Below are positions 49,952 through 60,000 of a DNA stretch of 60,000 bases, one piece after another. The stretch is from NCBI RefSeq assembly GCF_018977255.1, contig NW_024704742.1, positions 98,210,001 to 98,270,000 on the forward strand, in the 5' to 3' direction. A program made the position numbers and the translations under genes. The notes under the pieces were generated by a model. That model had not been told where the DNA came from. It saw only the letters and a list, made by a program, of their open reading frames with translations, and made no database searches. The stretch is from Callorhinchus milii. Its lineage: Eukaryota. Numbering within the stretch: position 1 is the first letter of the stretch; each line of letters opens with the position of its first letter.

Positions 49952-51337
49952 GGGATAAAAATTCCACCTGGGTCTAAATTTACTTTTATTTTCAGTGTCC
50001 AGAATTTGGCAAATTCTTAAACACAACCTTAATTTTGCCTGGTTTGAATCCTACCTCTCCCACCATCTCCACTTTGTTGCCACTAACAGCTTCTCCTCCA
50101 GCCACCGAAATGTCCCTCGGGGCTCTGTACTTGGTCCCCACCTTTTCAATATCTGCCTGCTCCCTCTTGGTGACATCATCCGCAGACATGGGGTCAACTT
50201 CCACATGTTTGCGGATGACACCCAACTACACCTCTCTGCCTCCACGCTTGATTCCAGGACCACTGCTTTCCTCACAGACTCCCTGTCAGACATCAAGTCT
50301 TGGATGAGAGCTAACTTCTTGCAGTTGAATGTCATCAAGACCGAGGTTCTCCTGACTAGCTCCTGTTAGCGCCTCCGCACCTCAGGCGCTGGCAGCAGCA
50401 GCATCCACGGTGCACACTCCACCTCACTGAGTCTGTCAGGAACCTAGGCATCTTGTTTGACCCTCAACTGTCCTTTCTCCTCCACATCTATGTCATGACC
50501 CGCTCTGCTATCCCCCACCTCTGCAACATCACCTAACTCCTCCACTGCCTCAACCCTCAGGCTGCCAAAACCCTGATACATACCTTCATTACATCCAGGC
50601 TCAACTATGCTAATGTCCTGCTTGTCGACCTCTCCAACTCCTCCCTCCACAGGCTGCAGATCATCCAGAACTCTGTAACCCGTGTCCTCTCCTGCACTAG
50701 GCTCCACGACCCTATCACTCCCATCCTCGTCCAACTCCACTGTCTTCCCATCAAACGGAGGATAAAGTTCAAGATCCTGGTCCTCACCTTCAAAGTCCTC
50801 CATGGCCTTGCTCCCCCCTACCTCTGCGACTTCCTAATCCCCTGCCAACATGCCCACTCCCTCCGCTCAGTGGGCTCTGGCCTGCTTCAAGTCCCCCGCC
50901 TTGCTCACCCCACCATTGGCGGGCAAGCCTTCAACCACTCTGCCCCCACTCTCTGGACCTCTATCCCACAGTCCCTCCACCTCGCCCCCTCCCTTGCCTC
51001 ATTCAAGACCTGTCTTAAGACTCTCTCCTCTTCGACCGTGCCTTTGGCTAACCTCCTTCCCCTCCTGCGCTCCACCCTCCCCGATCCCTATTCCCCAGCT
51101 CGGGTCTGAAACACTGATTGTCCAGCGCCTTGAGATGTCTTCCCGACGTGAAAGGAGCTATAGAAATGGAATCTTGTTGTAATTTTGAATTTTGAATCCT
51201 AATTCCGTAAGTTCCTTTAAAAGCTACAGGAAATCCACCACAAAGATAAAACAGAATTCAACAATTTACCGGGTTCTGCAAGACTTGAAATGCTGAGAAG
51301 ATAGAGTGAATCTAGACCCAGATGTAATTTGTCACCC
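49952..51337. mobile_element. MITE-like element split by an L2 insertion
   Basis: Ends gggataaaaattccacctgggtctaaatt and aatctagacccagatgtaatttgtcaccc; body matches 54791-55046. Confidence 0.8.
50038..51180 (+). mobile_element. L2 LINE, 5'-truncated, with 8-bp TSD TAATTTTG
   Basis: AWFESYLS, VPRGSVLGP, FADDTQLH, NFLQLNVIKTE; TSD at 50030-50037 and 51180-51187. Confidence 0.96.
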
Positions 51338-51720
51338 TGCATATGCTACATAGAATAACAGATGGTACGACTGTGTCTAAAGGTTTGTGTCTTGGGGGTA
51401 CTGCTTGTAAAGCATGTCTGTTCAGTTTCTAACATATCCCTTCTGACTAGGGAAGACTGTGACTCCCTTTTGTTAAGGAATCCAAATTCAGTGGACATAG
51501 TTGGGCAACATTCAGACCCATGATAATACAAGTTATTGCCTTTCGATGCCCGGGCTGTGCGTCAAGCTGAAGTTCAGTCTAGTGCAGTGTGCTAGAATCT
51601 GCCTCAACCGTGCACTTACAGTAATTATCAGGCTTAGTGTGCAGCTAATTTTGTTTATTTGTATCATATGAATATTGTTTCACGCACAGAAGGTGAAATT
51701 TTGTACAATATCTAATTGGT

Positions 51721-51942
51721 GGGGAGAAATTCCACCAGGATCTAGACTGGGTAACATTTATTTAAAAGTGCCTAAATTCTTAAATATAGTCTTTATTGTA
51801 AAGATGATTTTCCGTAAATTCTTTTAAGAAACTGCAGAAAGCAGACTTCATAGTGTGGACTGAATTCAACAATTTGCCAACTTCAAGATACTCTGAAGTG
51901 CTATGTAAATAGAGCCAACCTGGACTCGGGGAATTTCTCCCC
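51721..51942. mobile_element. MITE-like non-autonomous DNA transposon
   Basis: Perfect 13-bp terminal inverted repeat GGGGAGAAATTCC...GGAATTTCTCCCC; shares gactgaattcaacaatttgcca with other copies. Confidence 0.85.
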
Positions 51943-52499
51943 TGAGGTTCCTTAAATATGAATGTAAGTGGAGGCTTCTTCTGGTAACTGGACGCATGTC
52001 ATGTGACTCTAAAATAAGATTACGTCGGAGGGAGTGCTGACAAATCGGCATGATATGCTTTCAGATTTCCAGGTTCCTTGGTTAAGGAATCCTATTTTAA
52101 ATCTGTATTTTACACTACAAAACATCCTACGTTTTTAGTGTTTTATTTTTAAATGCTTCCTGATGTTTATCTATTTTGTTGATCTATTCCTAACTATCCT
52201 CCACCATCCTATGAACTTTCTCTTCTTTTCAGGTTCAGCAGGTTCAGAAATCTGCTTTATTTCTGAGGAAGGGAAGTTTAGACCAATTTCGTGTTCAGTT
52301 GCTGATTGAGTCTTTCAAATTTCCAGCATTGAAATAGTTCTCCCTATTTTCATTTGTAGCCCAAGTTACTGACAACATTACTACTTGATCATAGAAACTG
52401 AGCATTGCTGTACTTAGCAATACAAGCCATTTTCCGACTTGAAGCTACATGTCAGACTTCAATTTTTCTTAATGCCTGATAATACCAAGAAAATAAGAG

Positions 52500-52775
52500 T
52501 TTAAGATTTTTAAAAGGGAATCTATCCAAAGGGTGTAAAGGTAGCAGCTATTTTGCTTATAATATTGTCTAGGGGCATGAGAAGAACGAACAGGATAATT
52601 GACTTCAATTGGCTTAAGTAAATTGTGTGTGCAGGAGGGAATTGAATTTATAGATAACTTGGGAACTGGCTTGGCAGAAGAAAGCTTTATGGAAAGGATG
52701 TTCTACACATAACAAGGTGGGGAGAAAAGCTGTTGGCACAAATACACAAAGCAATTGGGATTAATTTAATCTAGA
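52500..52775 (+). pseudogene. Decayed CR1/L2-type ORF1 SGNH esterase C-terminus
   Basis: Frameshifted translation RIIDFNWLK..C.QEGIEFIDN...GRRKLYGKDVLHITRWGEKLLAQIHKAI matches the DGxH block of LINE ORF1 esterases. Confidence 0.7.
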
Positions 52776-52842
52776 TTTGAAGGGGAAAAGGGAACATTTT
52801 GGTAGGTAAGAATGAGCTGAAGCCTGAAGAAATAAGGTTATA

Positions 52843-53113
52843 TAATAATAATAATCCTTGAATTTGATATAGCGCTTTTCACATCTTCTAGACGTCTCAA
52901 AGCGCTTCACAGAATATACTGTAAAGTGAATTGACTGTATATTTGTGGGCGAAACGCAGCAGCCAATTGCACACAGCAGTGTCCCACAAACAGTCGTCGT
53001 GGAATCAAAATTACCAATTTATTATTGTTTTGTTTTTTGGAGGGATTATTATAAGGCGTGTGGAGTAAGGAAACTTGCCCAAGGTTTCGTCCTGCTTGGA
53101 ATTGAACCCAGGT
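52843..53113 (-). mobile_element. Young SINE, short form, head-truncated
   Basis: (TAA)n tail through ggaattgaacccagg. Confidence 0.92.
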
Positions 53114-53433
53114 GTCAGGAATACACTTTCAGAACATAGGATAAAGCATAAGAAGCCTATTATGATACTTAACTGACAATATAACTCCAGCTGAAATAGG
53201 TTTGGTTTAGCACTGTAACCATTTTGTATTTTGCCCATTTATCTACAGTTTCCTTATCCATAATAGAGCCCAATTAGTGGGATAATTGTCTCTCAACTGT
53301 AAATCAGTATGCCTTGCATACTGTTTTACATTATTTTTAATCACACTCATCTTAGTTTTGCTATTCTAAAGGCCTGGAGGAAATGTGGATTAAGGATTCT
53401 AGTAAATGGGAATTGCAATGTGATTTAAACTGC

Positions 53434-53617
53434 TGGGTCTAAACTTCTGAATTGGTGCAAGTGGGAGTTTTGGTCCAAATTTTCCCCATCTGCAAACCCA
53501 CATGAGGATTTACAAATTGGCTTTAATGCCACCAAAAGTGGTTTTAATCCTCAACGTGCCATTTGCCGTGATGCTGAAAGCAGGCATCCACACTTGGGAA
53601 GTCCAAGTCTAGCTCCT
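53434..53617. mobile_element. Possible old MITE
   Basis: Degenerate inverted ends ctgggtctaaactt / aagtctagctcctg. Confidence 0.35.
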
Positions 53618-54790
53618 GTAATACAAGTTCATACCTAAGGTATCTGTGGTATAAACAGAACAGAGTTCTACATATTTCTCTTGTAATTAAGATCTTGATG
53701 TCCTCCTAACTTTATTACTCACGGGCACAAATCTCTTTCACATATAGAATAAACAGTCAATTTCCTTGTTCCCCAGTGTGGATTTATTTCATTGCTTGTG
53801 TCGTAGCGCATCTCTTTTTTTACACTAATGAATTAAAGGAAAACTAAAATGATGTGTAATATTTTGATTATGAAGGAAGAAACTTGCATTTTTATAGCAC
53901 CTTATCATGTTGAAACATCTTAAAGATCCCTCACAGTAATTACCAAGTGCAGTGGCTGTTTATGGAGCTAACAGCAGCAGGTGTTTACAGCAGCAAGCTA
54001 AATCAGGTCAATAACTAATTAGTTTAGAAACTTGTTTACAGGATACAGGAGAAACTACCTTCTCTTTGTGAATAGTTTGGGACATGACATGTGCAAGTGA
54101 CTGTCAGGATGGTGGAAGACAAACTGGATCGAACTTGGTCTTCATTCGTCTAACATTTCTTATGTTCTTTTGTTCTAATAAAGCCATTAAATTTTTGGTG
54201 TCCACTTGAACAGACAGATGGGACCTTGCTTTACCTAAGACTAAGAATACAAATCCTGATACTGTGGATGGAACAAGTTTAAGCGTGAATAATGGAGAAG
54301 TCGGATGGATGAATATTTTGAACCTGTTTGTTTGATTACCTTAGGGTTCAGGGAATATCTATTGCAGAGCATTCCCCAGGAGAAAGATTGTCCATGATTG
54401 AATGCTGCATTCTGATTATCAAAAGGTATTCCATGTGGCTTTTCATTGCTAATAAACAAAGTATCTTGTTTTGGTACATTTCTTTCATTACTGAAATAAA
54501 TTACTTAGTGAACTGATTGCAGGCAACTGATACAGTTATTGGTTCTGTTGTACGATTCTTGACCAGGACTGATGGATGTAAGGTCAGGTATCCATGTTGT
54601 GTAAACCTTGACCTATACAAGATATGAATCTGCATCTGCTACTGTCTGAGTTCTAATTCTTTAGCTCTGTTACGCTACTCGTGGGGGGTTAGAATCCTCG
54701 CAAGGCAAAGGAACAAAACTTGCGACTTCAATATTGTTACTTAATACAAAACATTGGGATTTAAAGAGCAATATTTGCAATACAGATGTA

Positions 54791-55046
54791 GAGGCAGAAA
54801 TTCCATCTGATTCCAGATAGATTTTATTTCCTTAGCATTTCAGTGTGTCCAGAAGTTGGCAAATTGTTAGATTACAGAATTAATTTTGAAGCTGTTTTAT
54901 TTTGTTCTTTTGTTTTTAGTTCTTTTGAGAACTACTGAAAAAACGGCTTTAAAGTTAAGACTGAATTCAACAATTTGCCAGATTTCTAGATGCTCCAAAA
55001 TGGTAAGAAAATAGATTAAATCGAGAAGCAGGTGGAATTTCTCCCC
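54791..55046. mobile_element. MITE-like element, uninterrupted copy
   Basis: gaggcagaaattccatctg...caggtggaatttctcccc, with sub-terminal inverted match tggcaaattgtt / aacaatttgcca. Confidence 0.85.
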
Positions 55047-55324
55047 ATTGTGTTTCAGACCCCAAATCTTTGCTCCAATATCACAGCAAAGTTTTCAACC
55101 ACAGCTGGTTTGCTACCTTTCAAGATAATGCAAATTATTGCTGTGTTTTGACTTCCAAATTAAAAAAAAATTGGTGCCAGATTGGATAGTAAACGATGCA
55201 ATAGTTTCCAGAGCAGTCAGAAGCCATAGCTCAGTGGCTTGGCTGCAACATTGGTCAATAAATCCAAGTTGGAAACCCATAGGCATAATGTTTGTGCTCA
55301 GATATTTCCTAAAGCATTTATAGG

Positions 55325-55727
55325 TATCAGCCTAGCTCAGTCTGTAGTGGGTCTCTGAGTGGGAAGGTTGTGGATTCAAATCTCATGTCAATGCTTTGAA
55401 TCACAATCGAGGCTGGCAGTCCAATGTACTTTTGGAGGAACTGTCCTTTGAATGAGATGTTAAACCAAGTCCCCTCTGCCTGTTCAGGTGAATGTTAAAG
55501 ATCCATGGCACTATTCAAAAAGAGGAGTTTTCTGCAATGTCCTGACCAACAATTCCACAGATAAAAGTGATCATTCACTTCATGGCTGTTTGTGGGACAT
55601 TGCTCTGTTCAAATTGGCTATCTCATTGCCTAGCAATACAGTTACTCCACTTAACGGTAAATTCTATGAAGCATTGTAAAACGGTTCGACGATGTGATAA
55701 GGAGCCATACTAAATGGAAGGATTATG
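55325..55727 (+). mobile_element. Deu-domain SINE, near full length
   Basis: ctttgaatgagatgttaaaccaag...caggtgaatgttaaagatccatggcactattcaaaa. Confidence 0.88.
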
Positions 55728-55744
55728 GGCATTTAGGCATTGGC

Positions 55745-56178
55745 ATTGGTCATGGTCACACTGGAAAAGAGAAGATTGAGAGGCGGCATGACTATTGTCT
55801 TTAAGATTGTAAAGGGGCAAGGCAGTATAGATCATAACAGGCTGCTTCAACCTGTCCAGAATAGTAAAACCAGAGGACACGCCTGCGATTGAAGGGGCGT
55901 AAATTCAAAACAAATCTACACCGACACTATTTTAGTCAGTGAATAGTGAACCTGTGGAACAGGCTGCCTAGAGAGACGGTTGAAGCAGGAAGCATTGATT
56001 GTTTCAAACACAGATTAGATACAGTTTTCTTTTAGAAAATAACATTATGGGAGTTAATGTTTGAAGTTAATGTTTGAAGGGGTACATAGGTAGTTCGGGA
56101 CATATGTCCGCCAGGAAGGTGGAAGGTGAACTAGATGGACCTTGGTCTTTTGTCGTCTAGCATTTCTTATGTTATTAT
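55745..56178 (+). mobile_element. CR1 LINE 3' end
   Basis: TLEKRRLRGGM..VFKIVKG, TRGH, HYFSQ.IVNLWNRLP...FKHRLD; tail ctagatggaccttggtcttttgtcgtctagcatttcttatgtt. A related short tail lies at ~54105-54172. Confidence 0.92.
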
Positions 56179-59025
56179 TATTTACCATTCGCATATGAGT
56201 TTACTAAGAAGGAAGTGGACACCAACAAGGAAAGTGGGGTAATGTTTTCCTGCCATGCTCTGTTTGCTTTATGTCAGTTTGACCAAAGGAACATGATTAT
56301 TGACATTCTTTGAGATGAATCCTGTGAGCTGGATTTCAAATACAGGTGAGAGCATGGCCAGCTTGTGATCAGAGAACAAATTATTAGAAGAGAAAAAAAT
56401 TGCTTTAAAACCAACTGGAAAAAGTACATTCAGTAATACTGAGCCTCCCTTGCAAGATTTCATTTAAACTTTGATGACAAACCCACCAGTTTTTGCCTCA
56501 TGAAGATTGTTGTAACTTCATTCTGCACCCTTTCAAAAATGTATGAATTGAAGCGAATGAGATGAAATTTAAACATTCTCCCCTAGTCTCACATTCCATA
56601 AGGACAAATGCTTATGTCATTTTCTCAACCATATTTCTTTCACAGTTGAAAAATAGTAGTGGAAAAAAATCAGCTTTTCCAAAAACTTGAAGTCATTCCC
56701 AAATGAATTGTCTTGCTGTACAACACAATGGATTTTAAAATACTCTACATTTGAAATCCACCGTCTGTCTGAAACTGCATATTCATCAATTACGTTTTTT
56801 GGTTGGTATTTTATTGTAAGGAAAACAAGCTGCACCTGAAACAAACAAGATGGACTCAGGCGATAAGGACACCCAGGAGATATCTTCTCTTTCTTATTCT
56901 GCTGAAAAGCATCACCTCATTGGAGAAACACCAGTCTTTCCAGTTTCAATTCACAGAAACCTAATTATAGGCAAACAATAAACATCTTTTTTGCATTCAG
57001 TTACGTAAATCTAAATGAATCTATGTTATATGAAACTTGTATTAAATCAGGGAGTGTGGTGAAAGAGGTATTGTTATGCTTGGGTCCTTTACTAAAAGGA
57101 TTTTTTAGATACAATGCACATTACAATCATATTCATGTTATAACTTACAAGAGCCATAAAAGGCCTGGCATACAACCTCTGGCACAATGCCAAAGAAATG
57201 ATTACATTTAATGAACAAATGGGCTGTTGGTATCTCTTCCAGTCAGCGTTGCCTGGCCCTATCCATGAGAAGCATTGACTAATGGAGAGCTCTCCCGTAA
57301 GTACAGCAAAGTAGTCAACCGCAAAGCACAACAGCATCGCCCAATGTAGGTCAGCAGGCCAGCTTTTCTGTGCTCTGTCTAGACTCATAGATGAGGGTGA
57401 AAATGGTATTCACAGTGAACACCAGAGTCTGAACAATATTTAAGACCCAGAAAGCATAGAGCTGTCATTGACTGTCTCAGAATTCTGCAGGAGAATTGTT
57501 GGTTCAAGAAAAACACAAAATAAATCCATTAAAACAGTCCTTGTCACCAGCTTGTTTGGAGATCTGGAGACACTAAAATAAATGTGATGTAATGTAGAGT
57601 TTATAAAAAAAATTAAAGGTGACAAAGAATCTTATAATCGAAAGTAACTTAATTGAAAATGACTGGAAATAATGTAGGGAAACAATTGTTAGTGAACTTA
57701 CATATTTTACTGTCATCAATGAGACTATACTGGCTTTGTCTATGTATAGAAAATACTGTGTGTATGCCAGAAACTCCAGCAGATGAGAATACCCTTTAAA
57801 ATATTTGTTCTTTTACACTGTTGAAAACCATTTAGACTGTGATATCATTGCAGGCACAGTAACAGTATAGTGTTCCTATAGACAGTCTTCGGAGACTCAC
57901 CATCATATCTTTGAAAATGGAAAAATGTAACGAGTGAAATAACATTGCCCTTACGAAAATATCCAATATGACATTCCATTAAAAAATTCTGCACCCCCCC
58001 CCTCCACCCCCCCATAGGATTCACCTGCATTTTAGGAAAAATAATCCTATGGGAATTTATAAGACAATTTACAAGTAGTTTGAGGACTGCAGTAGGATTT
58101 CTACACTGTGTCCAATATAATACACGATTAGCCATTGCTATTTTTATCAAAGAGTATGCCAGAGACCGTCTATATGTGTCTGTGTTTTGCATTATTCTCT
58201 ATTACATATGTTTTTTGTAGAATATCAATTTTGGGAGTACATGTGAGATGAAAAAGTAAATTAATTAAAGAAATTGAAATCAGAATTAGTAATAAGAACT
58301 GCACAGTATTAAAATTCAATCCTTTATGGTCCTATTTACATGATTACATCAAAGTCACCTATTTTAGTTGACATAATTTGAGTACATCAGATAATTTTGA
58401 CAAACATTTCATACCAGGTCCATTCATGAACCAATGGACTTTGTCAAATTTTTTCACTGAAGAATTGACATGAGGAATGATTGGTTGACAGGCATGTCAG
58501 GGTTTATTTTGAATTCAATTTTTTAAGTTTTGTTTATTTGTGCAACTCATTCAAAATATGTTATTTTATATTGAATTATGATGTGTAGTTCACCAACTTT
58601 ATAACAAATATTCTAACAACTGGTACCACATCTGCCCCCCATACAAATTATTCAACTGATATTAATAAATTATTCAGACACCAATTTGATATGATGAAAT
58701 CTGTTTAATAATGTATCCATGCAAATAGTCTTATGCTACCTGTAAAGAAAAACTAAAAAAGCTCATTAATATCAGTTTGTTAATTGTAATAAATACTAGT
58801 TACTGTAACATTGAACTTTCTTATATACTATATCCAAATCTTCAATCTCATTTTCTTTGAGGCACCTCCTTCAAGTCTCTTGAGAATTTTCAAGATGTGC
58901 ATAAATATTTGATCCGGATTAATGTATTAATGTAATGTTAGTTTGGTTACTGGGATATACACCTTGGTTTTTCTTAAATAAAAATTCACAGCCTTTTTTT
59001 TCTGCTTAAGATAATTTAAAATCCT

Positions 59026-59095
59026 ATGAAGCACTTTGAGACCTCTTGATGATATGAAAAGACGCTATCTCAAATGCAAGAATTATTGTTATTAT
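59026..59095 (+). mobile_element. Short SINE/L2-type tail
   Basis: gaagcactttgagacctc...tgaaaagacgctatctcaaatgcaagaattatt. Confidence 0.75.
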
Positions 59096-60000
59096 TTCTT
59101 TATTGTTGAAACCCTTAGAGCCACAGCAAACAATGCAATAAGAATTATTTGTATTCCTTTATCCAATAATTCTGCAAATTTAAAAATATATTGCGCATAT
59201 TTTCATAACTCAATATGCACAGAAAAGTGTGTTTGCAAATATTGCATTCTTCCTAAAATGGATGCATTACAATGGGAATTCCGGAACTCAAGGGATAATT
59301 TTATTATTTATAATAGACTATGATGGAAATGTGTCCATGTTCACAATATAGCATCAATGCTAATCCCAAAACACTGCTGCATCTGGTTACATTTGCACTG
59401 AAAAATCACAAAAATACTCAATCTTATTGACTAAATTGTTGACCTTAGGGTTTTATTTACTTGGGCTATTTGGAATGATAATTTATAAGACTGTGTTTGA
59501 GTTCACATAAAGGAGGGAAAATCATTTTTTATCTTCTGTGGTAGTGATCCAGGNAAAAAATTCTTCTTCCTGCGCCAGTAACAGATGGAAGTCATCTCTG
59601 CACAAAGCTCTTAGTCTCGGCCTCTGAAATATTAATATACAGAGAGACAGCAAACCATAAGCTTTTGGGCCAGCTCTTCCATGATAGTTCATTTCAAAGA
59701 CAGCTAAAGGACAAATTGTGCAGTTTTAATGGTGCTGATATACCTGTGGCATGCATGGCACACTGCCTAGATTATCTCTGGAATCTAAATTGATTGTGAT
59801 GTCTGTGATATAACTTCATAGCAATTGCAATAGCATGATTTTTTTTCCTTGGCCACAATTCTTTGCAGAAGGTTGAATATACTTGGCATTCCATGCAACT
59901 CTGATTGCCTGTTTCGCATTCCTTAGGATTTTTTCTTTTTTGCGTTCCAGGTTAAAATGTCTGGTTTGATATAATCCAAAGCGACACAAATTAACCTTTG

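Noticed and set aside
13274..53113. CRISPR-like array from recurring (TAA)n-tccttgcatttgatatagcgc units
   Set aside because: Dispersed SINE/L2 3' tails in both orientations with irregular spacing; eukaryotic DNA with no cas genes
56617..56844. 75-aa minus-strand ORF after an acceptor-like tttgtttcAG
   Set aside because: No recognisable homology, AT-rich composition typical of chance ORFs, and no clear donor
57243..57296. 54-nt plus-strand micro-exon (ttccAG...CCC|GTAAGT)
   Set aside because: Stops in all three frames and no partner exons
59554..59554. Single ambiguous base N
   Set aside because: Assembly ambiguity, not biology
59760..60000. COG5 host-gene exon (ag|attatctc...; acceptor at 59950)
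   Set aside because: Translations do not match the expected DYLSQGIDLSGIEVIENDL-type sequence as I recall it

Overview
Eukaryotic, AT-rich, repeat-dense vertebrate DNA. The repeat spectrum points to a cartilaginous fish, probably a chimaera such as Callorhinchus (inference): L2 LINEs, CR1 LINEs, SacSINE1/AmnSINE1-type Deu-domain SINEs, a young tRNA-Ala SINE with an L2 tail, and MITE-like elements. The only gene-like structure is the 5' end of a minus-strand Pol II gene at the left edge. It has a CCAAT+TATA promoter (~6390-6490), two putative leader exons (6053-~6390 and 5231-5788) and a CDS starting at 108 that runs off the window. Its 36-aa N-terminus resembles the orphan GPCR GPR22 (recalled sequence, not searched). 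The leader carries a spliced, strong-Kozak, Cys-rich 24-codon uORF. The remaining ~53 kb is non-coding upstream or intronic sequence filled with nested, decayed retrotransposons. Nearly all long ORFs in the track are L2/CR1 remnants, antisense shadows of them, or low-complexity artefacts. I see no prokaryotic-type system, CRISPR array, rRNA or intact tRNA gene. Repeat boundaries were read by eye and are approximate.
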